NCBI GenBank assembly: GCA_963793865.1
Contig: CAWCBP010000001.1
Span: 480,001 to 544,000 of the forward strand
Source: an uncultured delta proteobacterium
GTDB taxonomy: Bacteria > Desulfobacterota > WTBG01
Reading direction: 5' to 3'
DNA: 64,000 nt
Part shown: positions 53,927 through 63,481 of the stretch, piece after piece
Numbering within the stretch: position 1 is the stretch's first letter
How the letters are laid out: each line of letters opens with the position of its first letter
Notes under the pieces: generated by a model
Told to the model about the DNA's origin: nothing
Database searches by the model: none
What the model saw: the letters and a program-made list of their open reading frames with translations, nothing else
Program-made: the position numbers and the translations under genes

Positions 53927-55612
53927 ATGCATAAACGATTGTGGGGTATTCTCTTCATATCCTTCCTGGCAGTGCTCTTTGTTAACCCTTCGGCATCGCT
54001 TGCCCGCTTTTACCTCCTTGACAAAAAAATAGAGATTAACGGCGTCATCGAGGAAAAGTGGAATTTCAAGTATGGCATGAAGGAGTGGGAGAAGGGAAGG
54101 GCATCAGATGTTTACGGCAATAAGAAATGGGCGTCAGACGGCGGTAAGGTGGAAAACCCGGCCATGATGAAAACCCATCTGCATCTTGAGGCCCTTTACC
54201 ACGCCTATCAGCAGGGGAATACGGTGCTTGATTTTTATACCCTGTTTGAATGGTTCTATGACGTAGCCCCTGATATCAATGGTTCCTGGGGCCGCGGTAT
54301 GTCTTCCTATGACCGCAACAAGTATCAGACCCCGCACGGATGGGAAATGATCCGGGAACTGTACCTGAATTACGTCAGCGGTCCCTGGACGCTCCGCCTT
54401 GGTAAGCAAATGGTGGTCTGGGGCGAGACGGGCCTGCAGCGGACGGCGGATGTGGTTAACCCGCTGGATACCAAGTCTCACATGATGGGGGTGGATGACT
54501 GGGAGGATTTCAAGAAGGGGCTCTGGATGTTCCGGGGCTTTTACCAGACGAGTTTCAAAAACGACCTTACCCTGGAGACGATCTTTGTTCCCTATGATGT
54601 GCAGGCCATGGACCTTCCCCCGGAAGGCACGATGTATAACACCACCTATACCGGTGGGTTTACGTCGAGAATGTGGCGGCGGTGGAAGCATGATGAAGTC
54701 AATGAGCGCGGCCTGCACGATGCACAGGGGGGCTTCCGGATCAGGGGATTTAACAAGGACTGGGACTGGACCGTTCTCTGGTACAACGGCTATGAAGCAA
54801 CCCCGGTATGCGTTGACTGGGGACAGCGGGCTGATTCCTACCTGCCGAAAACTGCTTTCGGCTGGCAGAATGTTGCGCTGGGAATCGGGGGGTTCAATCT
54901 CTTTGCGGCGGAATACAACTACACTAAGGCTACAACCGGCGTCAGCCTTGCCTATCCCAAAAACAGGATGTTCAGGTACTATCGGGGCAATAATATAGGC
55001 GCCACTGCTACAAGATACATCTACACCTTGCCCGTTTTCGGCCTGTTTGAAATACCCCTGAAATCAAACGTCCGGTTTGAAGCAGCTTATAAGCCTGGCA
55101 CCCATTTCAACCGGATGGAAGTAGTAGGAGCAAGTACCTGGCTGGTGAAAAATGTCACCCGCAGGGATCTCATCGGCTATGCCATGGAAATCGGTCATGA
55201 TTTCATGCCCCGGTTTATATGCAAGTATAACGGTGAACGGAGCGTTGATGTGACCTTTGGAATGTTTCAGGACTGGATATTGAACCATGACCGCAATCTC
55301 AACGTGTCAGGGTATAACCGGGGAGCTGGTGATGTCAGCACCACCTCCTTCAGCCTTGATGCCACCACGGACTGGATGAATCAGGAACTCATGACCAAGT
55401 TTAACTATTCATATAACACCAGCGGATACGGGTCTTTCTGGGCATTTTTTCAGTACGCGCCCGGCCAGCACTGGAGATTTACCCTGCTGCCCCGGATAAC
55501 CTGGTCCAATTCCGGACCCTTTAACAACAAGGCAGATCTTAGACACCAAGCCCAAACGAACAGTAATGATACACTCAATTATATCCACTTTAAAATCGGC
55601 TATCTGTTCTAA
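53927..55612 (+). CDS. DUF1302-like outer-membrane protein
   Basis: Signal peptide; IRELY...LRLGKQMVVWGE...DVVNPLD; C-terminal KIGYLF. Confidence 0.78.
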   Translation: MHKRLWGILFISFLAVLFVNPSASLARFYLLDKKIEINGVIEEKWNFKYGMKEWEKGRASDVYGNKKWASDGGKVENPAMMKTHLHLEALYHAYQQGNTVLDFYTLFEWFYDVAPDINGSWGRGMSSYDRNKYQTPHGWEMIRELYLNYVSGPWTLRLGKQMVVWGETGLQRTADVVNPLDTKSHMMGVDDWEDFKKGLWMFRGFYQTSFKNDLTLETIFVPYDVQAMDLPPEGTMYNTTYTGGFTSRMWRRWKHDEVNERGLHDAQGGFRIRGFNKDWDWTVLWYNGYEATPVCVDWGQRADSYLPKTAFGWQNVALGIGGFNLFAAEYNYTKATTGVSLAYPKNRMFRYYRGNNIGATATRYIYTLPVFGLFEIPLKSNVRFEAAYKPGTHFNRMEVVGASTWLVKNVTRRDLIGYAMEIGHDFMPRFICKYNGERSVDVTFGMFQDWILNHDRNLNVSGYNRGAGDVSTTSFSLDATTDWMNQELMTKFNYSYNTSGYGSFWAFFQYAPGQHWRFTLLPRITWSNSGPFNNKADLRHQAQTNSNDTLNYIHFKIGYLF

Positions 55613-55647
55613 TAACCGGCAGCATTGAGGGAAGGGAGGAAAGGAAT

Positions 55648-56989
55648 ATGAAGGAAAGCAGGAAATGGTGTAGTGTTGTAATGGTAATAATTATGGCGCT
55701 CGTTTTCACCGGCGCGATTGCGAGCCGGGGTGCTGCTGTGACCACCGAGGAACAGCTGAAAAATTGGCCGGCGGCCTGTTATCAGGGCGCGGACCTGGAA
55801 AAGGTGCGCGAGTGGGAAAAGACCTGGGTGGGGAAGAGGATCAACAAGGATAACATCGACCAGGTGAAGGAATTTTTATCAGACCAGTTTTACGAAATGT
55901 TTAAGAACCCTGCCGATTGGGGTGCCGATGATATATGGTTTGAAATTGTCCCCTACAAGCAGATTCTTCCCACCCCGGGACAGGAAGCCATGACCAGAAA
56001 GTATGCGCCGACGGCCACGCTGGACCCCAATCCCCGCAAGGCGTTCTGGGATGGTGGGGTTGGCCCAAATGAGTTTCTGGTGGGCTGGGAAACGGGTGCG
56101 TCAGCCGGCTTTCCCTTCCCCTTCCCCCAGTCGGGAGTGGAAATGGCATGGAACCTTGAATCAATCACCAATGGTGATTCCAAGTCGTACAGCAGGGATG
56201 GCGTGGTGGTGAATCCCCGCACCAGGACGGAGCGGCGCGCCGTTCAGCCGTACATCCATGATTTTTATACCGGCCGGTGTGATTATGAACCGCTTCTCAA
56301 AAAACCCGACAACCCCAAGGGGATACGCCGGGCCATGTATCTGTACATAGACGAGCCTCTGGATGTGAGAGGGACCAGGTACATGGAATTGCGCTACCTC
56401 GACCTTACCAAACCCGATGATGTGTGGGTGTGGTTCCCGCTCTTCCGCAGGATACGGCGCATGGGCTTTGCCTACAAATCAGATACCATTGACGGCACTG
56501 ATCTTGGTCCCGATGACGAGGGCGGTTGGAACGGTCATATTAACAGAAAGAACTGGAACATTGTCGGGCGGAAAGAGATGATGCTGGGCCGGCATACCAG
56601 ACACGAAAAAATACACCAAGGTAACCGGACAGGCCCTCTGGAGCGGCATGCAGCTGGAGCGAACAAACGCTTACGTCCTGGAGTCGAAATTCAAGGAGAA
56701 AGACGCGGTATACAGCAAGGAAATTATGTATATGGATCCCGAGTCCTGGCATTGTCTGCAGAAGGTCACCTGGGACCGGCAGGGGAGAGTATGGAGGCAT
56801 TTCCTGTTCCACACCATGATTTATAACGATCCCAAGAAAAACATTGACCATGTGCATACCTTTGAATTGTATTCCAGCGACCTGCAGCGCAGGCACGGAT
56901 GCCCTTCCCTGGATCTGGTCAAGGAGATCGGCATTGACATAAAGAATGACTTCTGGACCATTCAGAACCTGCAGAAGATGGGGTACTAA
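55648..56989 (+). CDS. DUF1329-like periplasmic protein (frameshift near 56600)
   Basis: GFPFPFPQSGVEMAWN, P.DVRG, W.WFP..RRIRR and Y.D.ESW motifs. Confidence 0.8.
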
Positions 56990-57018
56990 CCTCGGAGCAG
57001 TTTGCGCAGCATGATCAT

Positions 57019-57050
57019 AAGAAAGCCCTCATCGTTTTGAGGGCTTTCTT
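57019..57050. terminator. Rho-independent terminator closing the uptake operon
   Basis: AAGAAAGCCCTCA-TCGTTT-TGAGGGCTTTCTT. Confidence 0.75.
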
Positions 57051-57118
57051 TATTGGGTTCGGCCGGAGGTCGTTTCAAGTCATCCTGCGACATCGATCGC
57101 AGTGTCCGGAAATGGCTG

Positions 57119-58063
57119 TTATGCGTGCACGGCGATGCAGGGTTCATCAGGGCTGCGATGTATTTCAACCGTCAGGTGGGCAAGGTCTTTAAATCCGGAT
57201 AGAAGCTTTTTGTAATGCACCGGATCTTGGGGGAAGTGGGTGACGATGGAGATGATGGCGGACATCTGGTGGGAGCCGACAATCCAGACATGAATATCCG
57301 CCACCCGGTTGTCGGCATCAGCTTCAATGGCGGATTTAATGGCGGCAACCGTCTCCTTGTCGGCCACGCGGTCAAGCAGAATCGCGCTGGTGTCGCGCAG
57401 CAGCCCGTATGACCACCTGGCAATGACCAGCGACCCCACAATGCCCATAAGGGGATCCATCCATACCCATCCAAAAAACTTTCCCGTGGTCAGTGCAATA
57501 ATTGCCAGCACCGATGTCAGGGCATCCGCGAGCACATGTAAATAAGCCGCCCGCACATTGTGATCTCGGTGACCGCTCATGGAAAAATCATTTTCGTGGC
57601 TATGAGGGTCTTCGTCCCTGAGCATGAAGGCGCTCGCGAGATTGACCATCAGGCCCACAACGGCAACGCCTATGGCGGCATTAAATTGTATGGGAACGGG
57701 GGAGAAAATTCGCTGAATTGATTCGAAACCCATGAACAGTGCTATCACCAGCAGCACCACGGCGCTGGTGAAGCCCCCCAAAACTCCCACCTTGCCGGTG
57801 CCGAAGCTGTAATCGGGGTTCTCAGCGTTGCGGCGGGCAAACCTGCAGGCAAACGCCGCGATGCCGAGCGCCCCGGCATGGGTGCCCATGTGCCAGCCGT
57901 CGGCCAGGAGGGCCATGGAGCCGAACAGCAGGCCGGTAAAAATTTCTATGACCATCATGGAGACGGTGAGCAGAACGACGCGCAGAATATTGCGCTCGCT
58001 ACGGGCGTCCGGCTGGTCAAAGCAATGCTTGTGCTGCCATTTGTAGAGATTATAGATATGCAT
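57119..58063 (-). CDS. CDF-family Co/Ni efflux transporter (DmeF-like)
   Basis: SMALLADGWHMGTH, His-rich loop and AAYLHVLADALTS. Confidence 0.85.
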   Translation of the reverse strand: MHIYNLYKWQHKHCFDQPDARSERNILRVVLLTVSMMVIEIFTGLLFGSMALLADGWHMGTHAGALGIAAFACRFARRNAENPDYSFGTGKVGVLGGFTSAVVLLVIALFMGFESIQRIFSPVPIQFNAAIGVAVVGLMVNLASAFMLRDEDPHSHENDFSMSGHRDHNVRAAYLHVLADALTSVLAIIALTTGKFFGWVWMDPLMGIVGSLVIARWSYGLLRDTSAILLDRVADKETVAAIKSAIEADADNRVADIHVWIVGSHQMSAIISIVTHFPQDPVHYKKLLSGFKDLAHLTVEIHRSPDEPCIAVHA

Positions 58064-58252
58064 GGTTTAGGCTCCCCGGTAGCCGTGCTGCCTGCTCCCG
58101 TTTAGGTTTCCAGAATACCACAGCGGCAGAACAGGCGCAATTTTTATTGCTGACCGTTCACGCGGCATGCGCACGGGGAGCAGCGGCCTGAGGCGCGAAC
58201 ACTTTCTTTATATGCATTCTCCATACAACCTGTCTGATATTTGTGAAATAGA

Positions 58253-58275
58253 GTAGGGGCGACCGGCCGGTCGCC
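58253..58275. repeat. REP-like palindrome, copy 3 (truncated)
   Basis: GTAGGGGCGACCGGCCGGTCGCC identical to copies 1 and 2. Confidence 0.8.
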
Positions 58276-58436
58276 TCCGCACCTGATTGAGATAATTCGG
58301 CTCGCAGGGATGCAGCTCTGAGAAAACTTTCTTGACATAGCTTTAGCAGGTGATTTATGTAACAGCACCAGTGCTTGTCACTTCGGATAAGCTCCGCGCG
58401 GCCCTTTCATTTTCAGTTATCGGGAGGAATTTATTT

Positions 58437-58967
58437 ATGCAAAATTTCCTGCTGCTGTTTTATGCGTTTATCAAGGTGGGTATTCTGGGGTATGGGGGCG
58501 GCCACTCCATCATCCCCTTTATCCAGGTTGAGGCGGTTGAGAATTATAAATGGATCAGCATGGAGGAATTTACCGATACCCTGGCCATGGCAAATACACT
58601 ACCCGGACCCATTGCGGTGAAGATGTCATTCATGGTGGGATATAAAACAGCGGGCCTGAGCGGCGCAATGGTCTGCCTGCTGGGACTGCTCCTGCCCTCG
58701 CTGCTGATGATGCTGGCCCTCACCTCATTGTATTTGCGCTACAAGGATTTACCGGCGGTAGAGGGGCTGCTCAAGGGGGTGAGGCCGGTGGTATTTGCGC
58801 TCCTCGTGCTGGTAACCTGCCAAATCTGGCCGTCAAGTATCGTTTCCTGGCCGACCGCGCTGATCGCTGCGGTCTCACTCTGCCTTATGGGCTTTTTCAA
58901 CGTCCATCCTGCCATGCTTATGGTGGCGGGGGCGGCGATAGGATTTGCCTTCTGGGGACGCGGTTAG
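58437..58967 (+). CDS. Short-chain chromate transporter (CHR family)
   Basis: F.KVG.LGYGGG, W...EEF...LA.ANTLPGP and GVRPVV. Confidence 0.85.
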   Translation: MQNFLLLFYAFIKVGILGYGGGHSIIPFIQVEAVENYKWISMEEFTDTLAMANTLPGPIAVKMSFMVGYKTAGLSGAMVCLLGLLLPSLLMMLALTSLYLRYKDLPAVEGLLKGVRPVVFALLVLVTCQIWPSSIVSWPTALIAAVSLCLMGFFNVHPAMLMVAGAAIGFAFWGRG

Positions 58968-59001
58968 GGGATCGCTGTCACGCCGGTCAGGAATAAACGA
59001 A

Positions 59002-59032
59002 AAAAATCCCCCGACTCATTCGGGGGATTTTT
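59002..59032. terminator. Bidirectional rho-independent terminator
   Basis: AAAAATCCCCCGA...TCGGGGGATTTTT between convergent genes. Confidence 0.8.
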
Positions 59033-59069
59033 GCAACTCACGGTACCGGCTGGCAGTCCATCCTGAGGT

Positions 59070-60179
59070 TCAAGCAGCCTTGCCAAGCGCTTTCACCCGT
59101 GCCTTTTCCTCCGGCGCCCTCCTGAAGCTTATTACCCCTTTAAAAGGACATGCTTCCATGCAGCTGAAGCAGAGGCAGCAACTTGCGGGCATTTCATTGT
59201 CCTGGTTGCGGATATCGATGAAAAAGGGGCATGCCTCCTCGGCTTTACAAATCTTACATTCTTTGCACAAAGATTTGTTATACCGCAGGCGCCAGAGGCT
59301 TCCCTGTCCGCACATGGCCCGGTAGGATGAGAGCCAGCAAAAATAGGTGCAGACTTTCCGCCAGGGCATGAAAAGAGAAAGACCGATGAGCCCGTACATA
59401 AATGCAACCGGATACCACATGACCCCGGTGAGATCAAAAACCGTTTCAGAAAAGAACATGGGAAACCAGCAGAGGAGCAGGGTAAAAGGCAGATACGGCG
59501 CACTCTTGTCTATCTGGCCGCTGATATACATTGCAGATGTATGGCTCTGCTCTTCAATGGCCTTCGGGAGATTACTGATGGGCCTCTTGAAGGTCAGGTT
59601 TTTATAAAAGGCATCCTGCATAGTGGCATTGGGGCACAGCCATCCGCACAGGACCCGGCCCATGATAAAGGGAAGGATGGCCACGGTGAACACATGGAAC
59701 ATTCCCCAGAAGAGGAGATCACCCCGGGAGCCTTTGATAAAGGCAAACGCAGTAACGGTTGCCCATAGCATAAATATGAATGTCTGGACAACAGTTCGCG
59801 CGCTTACTATCTTGAGACGTTGTTTTTTAGCGGGCTCTTCATCCGCTGTTCCGGTGATGAGGAATAGAAATGGGAGCAGGCTGATGAGCATGACCAGTAA
59901 AAACTGGATTGCGTTTTGCCCGCTCGGTTCCTTCTCAATCAGAATGGGGTAGGTTAACATTCCGATGATTGCCGGCAGGAGCCAGAGGTGGGCTGCCAGC
60001 TTCACCCGGCTCAGGAAATAAGGCTGGTGCAGCAGAAGAAAGAAGCCTGCGCCGAAAGTAAAGATAATGCCGGGCTGGAGAGCCTTAATCGAGGTAAAAA
60101 CCCCGGCGAGGTAGACAATTATTGCAGCGATCAGTGCGTATTTATTGATGTTGATAAAACGCTGTTTGGTTATAACCAT
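59070..60179 (-). CDS. NapH/MauN-like membrane-bound 4Fe-4S protein
   Basis: Many TM helices; GRVLCGWLCP, CTYFC, CKECKIC...CP and CCLCFSCMEACP; AAGGAGAG RBS. Confidence 0.78.
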   Translation of the reverse strand: MVITKQRFININKYALIAAIIVYLAGVFTSIKALQPGIIFTFGAGFFLLLHQPYFLSRVKLAAHLWLLPAIIGMLTYPILIEKEPSGQNAIQFLLVMLISLLPFLFLITGTADEEPAKKQRLKIVSARTVVQTFIFMLWATVTAFAFIKGSRGDLLFWGMFHVFTVAILPFIMGRVLCGWLCPNATMQDAFYKNLTFKRPISNLPKAIEEQSHTSAMYISGQIDKSAPYLPFTLLLCWFPMFFSETVFDLTGVMWYPVAFMYGLIGLSLFMPWRKVCTYFCWLSSYRAMCGQGSLWRLRYNKSLCKECKICKAEEACPFFIDIRNQDNEMPASCCLCFSCMEACPFKGVISFRRAPEEKARVKALGKAA

Positions 60180-60190
60180 GGTACCTCTCC

Positions 60191-60838
60191 TTAGTGAGCA
60201 AGAGCTGCTTGCAGTTTCGGCAGGAGTATTTGCCATTCCCCAGCCGTGATCATGAGCCCGGAGGCCAGATATATTGCCATGAAAACAATGCCGACGCAGA
60301 TGACCCCCCATCTCCTGGTGCGTACCACCCCGGTTCTTCTGCCCAGCATCCACAGGCATATCATGTAGAAGCAGAAGTTTAAAACGATGTAGTTCCGGGG
60401 ACCTTGAATGGCGCTTTTGGTGAGGGCTTCTACCGTTTGCGTGCCCATGTTTTCCACCAGCGTTTTAACCGCGTGGGAGAGGGTTCCGTTCAAAACGGCA
60501 ATGGGCAGGAGTGTTACCGCGGTAAAACGAAGCGTGTCCACATATTTGCGATCCCGCAAAACAATGTGCATGAAAATTGCAAGAATGGCTATGAGACTGA
60601 ACCCGATCACCGCTCCTGCCGTATTGGTAAAGAAGCGCTGCAGGTTCTCATTATCGGTTTGGAAGATTGTTTTCAAATATTCCGCGAGGTTTATGAGAAA
60701 TGCCGGAAACTGGGCCCGAAAAAGGTCCACCGTTTTCTCATCAGCAATCCCATATGCCTTGCCGAACATGTAGCCGGGAATGAAGATTTCTAAAGCCCTG
60801 GCCCACTTGGCAAGCGGTGTCGTATAGTTGTTTTCCAT
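60191..60838 (-). CDS. Membrane hypothetical protein
   Basis: About four hydrophobic segments; GGAGG RBS; tight spacing with neighbours. Confidence 0.6.
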   Translation of the reverse strand: MENNYTTPLAKWARALEIFIPGYMFGKAYGIADEKTVDLFRAQFPAFLINLAEYLKTIFQTDNENLQRFFTNTAGAVIGFSLIAILAIFMHIVLRDRKYVDTLRFTAVTLLPIAVLNGTLSHAVKTLVENMGTQTVEALTKSAIQGPRNYIVLNFCFYMICLWMLGRRTGVVRTRRWGVICVGIVFMAIYLASGLMITAGEWQILLPKLQAALAH

Positions 60839-60881
60839 CAGTTTTCCTCCGCATCACTTACGTGGATATTAGATGTATGGT

Positions 60882-61694
60882 CTATTCGGCCGGCTTCTCC
60901 GGTTCCGGTGTTTCCATTTTCACCTCAGCGTCTTGTGCCTCTTCCTTGTAAAGGCCCTTCGCGATCATGTCCTCCTTGAGTTTGTCGAAGTATTCGATTT
61001 CCTCCTGTAATGCCTTAAGCTCCTGCTTCATGTGGGGCCCTTCGTATTTCAGGTAAAAGGACTGGGGTGTCTTCCACTGGCCGGAGCCCATAATGACAAG
61101 AGAAACGGCTATGTAGAGGATGCAGCCCATGACGGTTTTCTTTTCGAGCGATGCCGCTTTGCGTGCCAGGTAAAGGAGTACAAGGCAGGCAATGGCTGCT
61201 ATACCAGTGACATAATTGGCGATAACCGGCATCATCTCAAGGGGAATGCGGGATGAGTAATTCTCCATGTAGAGCTCGAAGGACCAGATGCTGAGAAATG
61301 TCATCAGAAATACGGCAACCGGGTTCTTTATGGCCTTCGTGCGCCATAGAATCTTCAGCAGGATCCACCCGGCAACAACATAGTAATAACCGCCCAGGGA
61401 CTTTATATCCAGGCTGCTGAACTGGGTGATGACACCTTCCGGTACCGGAAGAGATGCCATCTCCCCGAGAAAGGGCCATCCGAAAAGTGCCGCGAAATAG
61501 CCATAGAGATATGCCTTGCTTTCCTTGGCTTCCGTGCAGGTGCGATAGAAAAGAAAACCGAAGATCGTTGCCAGTATTGGCACGTAAAAAAGATTATAAT
61601 TGGCAACCGGCTTCATCCTCAGGGGAATCATGGTGAGAACCGAAATGAGAAAGCAGCCTTGTCCGGCAAGGGCAATGAGTATGGCTCGTAACAT
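60882..61694 (-). CDS. Multi-TM hypothetical protein with charged C-terminal coiled tail
   Basis: About seven hydrophobic segments; AAAGGAG RBS. Confidence 0.62.
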   Translation of the reverse strand: MLRAILIALAGQGCFLISVLTMIPLRMKPVANYNLFYVPILATIFGFLFYRTCTEAKESKAYLYGYFAALFGWPFLGEMASLPVPEGVITQFSSLDIKSLGGYYYVVAGWILLKILWRTKAIKNPVAVFLMTFLSIWSFELYMENYSSRIPLEMMPVIANYVTGIAAIACLVLLYLARKAASLEKKTVMGCILYIAVSLVIMGSGQWKTPQSFYLKYEGPHMKQELKALQEEIEYFDKLKEDMIAKGLYKEEAQDAEVKMETPEPEKPAE

Positions 61695-61824
61695 CGCTTA
61701 GCTCCTTTGGATAATTTTGTCAGGGGAAACAGGTGGTCTTTAATAAGCGGGATTGCTTGTAAGCTATAGCTAATGCCTGTAGCTATGTCAAGCAAATATT
61801 CCCCCTTATGATATGTATCTGCTG

Positions 61825-62571
61825 CTATGTTATACTGTTTTTGCCGACAGGCGGTTTCGCCAACCGGACAAGGTAGTAGCGGTTCTTTTCAAGCACCTTG
61901 ACCATGACGCTGCCGATGCAGGGCCGCACCAGCAGTCCATCCTCATTGGTGCCGAGAAGGTTGAAGAGCTCAACGCAGCAGGTGCCGATATGGGTGCTGT
62001 CGGCAACCGAGTAGGGGGCGTTCATGAATTCCTGCCCCGCCCTGAATCTGGGGTCTGCAAAGTTGGAGTGCACCGCATCCCAGCCTGCCAGGAGATCTCC
62101 AAAAGAAGAGAGCTTTTTCTCCGACAGGTTGTTGAGACCCTTTACAATGGCCTCACCCATTTCCCTGGGGAATGCGCCCCATTCTGCAGGAATGCGGGAG
62201 CGGAACTTTGGATTATTGGCCAATTCAAACAGCTCTCCCTCGGGAGGAAAATCAATCGGTTCGAAGTCTGATTTCTCAATGGTCGTTTCCAGGAAAGGCT
62301 CATACTGTTTTTCGAGCGGGAAAGAAGTGACCACCAGCATTTCCCCCGCATGACGCGAAGCACGGTACCATGGCGCCGCATCGTGTTTGCAGATAACCTC
62401 CCATGTTGCCGGCTCAGCGTATCCGGCCTCGCCCCTGAGGGCCTCGCAGGGATTTTTCTCCGCGCGTGTCATGGCAATGTTGTGATGTGCCAATTCCCGC
62501 TGCAGCTCAGCCAGCGCTGATCCGTCCATCCAGTAGCAATGCTTCCATGCTCCGTTTTTCTTTTCCGGCAT
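61825..62571 (-). CDS. Cys-containing hypothetical protein
   Basis: 248-aa ORF with AAGGAGAG RBS; scattered Cys (PCE, ICK, TCC, PCIG). Family not recognised. Confidence 0.55.
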   Translation of the reverse strand: MPEKKNGAWKHCYWMDGSALAELQRELAHHNIAMTRAEKNPCEALRGEAGYAEPATWEVICKHDAAPWYRASRHAGEMLVVTSFPLEKQYEPFLETTIEKSDFEPIDFPPEGELFELANNPKFRSRIPAEWGAFPREMGEAIVKGLNNLSEKKLSSFGDLLAGWDAVHSNFADPRFRAGQEFMNAPYSVADSTHIGTCCVELFNLLGTNEDGLLVRPCIGSVMVKVLEKNRYYLVRLAKPPVGKNSIT

Positions 62572-62688
62572 TTTTCTCTCCTTCGCTCCTCATGTCACTC
62601 GCACTGGTTATCGTCCGGCTGCATTTTTGTAGCGCATGCCCCCTTTACTTGTCAACCGAAATAATGGGGACCCCGGTCTGTTTATCCC

Positions 62689-62718
62689 TTGACAGGGCGG
62701 ACGCCATCTACATATAAT
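62689..62718 (+). promoter_or_regulatory. Sigma-70 promoter
   Basis: TTGACA-N18-TATAAT, both hexamers perfect. Confidence 0.6.
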
Positions 62719-62813
62719 ATTCTCATGTAATAGGCGTCCGGTAAAAGCTACTTTTTCAACACCCTGATAGATTCAGGTAAATGAGGGGGATAATTTTTCA
62801 CAGGAGGTGTGCC

Positions 62814-63314
62814 ATGAGGTTTCGGAACTGTATGCAATTGCTGGTGACGGGAGGTTTGTGTGTTGCTGTGCTTTTGAGTGTTTCAATTCCTGCGGGTGCT
62901 GCACCGGGCAGGTATGCAGCGCAGCCGGCGATGACCGGGCTGCTTCTGTCCTCGGCGGGCGTGGAGACGGAAGCGGTTGAATTGTACCGTGATGATGATA
63001 TCCGCAGGGCACTTTATATTCCCGATGTAAGGGGGAATGAGGTCCTCATCGGATTTCCGGATGCGGGGATAGGGCTGGAGGTGCCATTTCTCCTGGTTGT
63101 CAATGGGGAAGAGCTCACGGTGAAGGTAACCGCGGCGGGAGCGTTGACCGTGCTTGAAGGCGACCCGTCGGTCCTGCCGGCGGATGTCGGCGATTTTGTA
63201 GATTGCCTGGTGAACAATATCGTTGACCTTGTGAGATCCATCATAGAGATAAACATCGGCGGGATTATAGGCAACGTTTTGGAGTTGGTGGTCTGTGTAT
63301 TTGCGATTCTCTAG
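62814..63314 (+). CDS. Exported hypothetical protein
   Basis: AGGAGGT RBS, signal peptide, hydrophobic C-terminus with two Cys. Confidence 0.6.
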   Translation: MRFRNCMQLLVTGGLCVAVLLSVSIPAGAAPGRYAAQPAMTGLLLSSAGVETEAVELYRDDDIRRALYIPDVRGNEVLIGFPDAGIGLEVPFLLVVNGEELTVKVTAAGALTVLEGDPSVLPADVGDFVDCLVNNIVDLVRSIIEINIGGIIGNVLELVVCVFAIL

Positions 63315-63411
63315 CAGGCTGTTAAAAACACCCATCTGATTTGCGGCTGAAAAGACCCTCCCCCGTTGAGCCTTTGATCAGCCTGAAGAAAACACTTTTT
63401 CAAAAGCCTGC
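63314..63411. repeat. MITE-like element
   Basis: Imperfect terminal inverted repeats GCAGGCTGTTAAAAA / TTTTTCAAAAGCCTGC enclosing ~100 bp with no coding capacity. Confidence 0.5.
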
Positions 63412-63481
63412 CGGACGCATGTCTGTGTAAATCGTGCGAAGCAGAGGTGGGGGCGGTTCCAATGCCCCGCATCTCTGCTTT

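Noticed and set aside
32157..57050. Genomic island integrated at tRNA-Met carrying the redox cluster
   Set aside because: No integrase, no repeat of the tRNA 3' end seen downstream, and most cluster genes look compositionally like the housekeeping genes.
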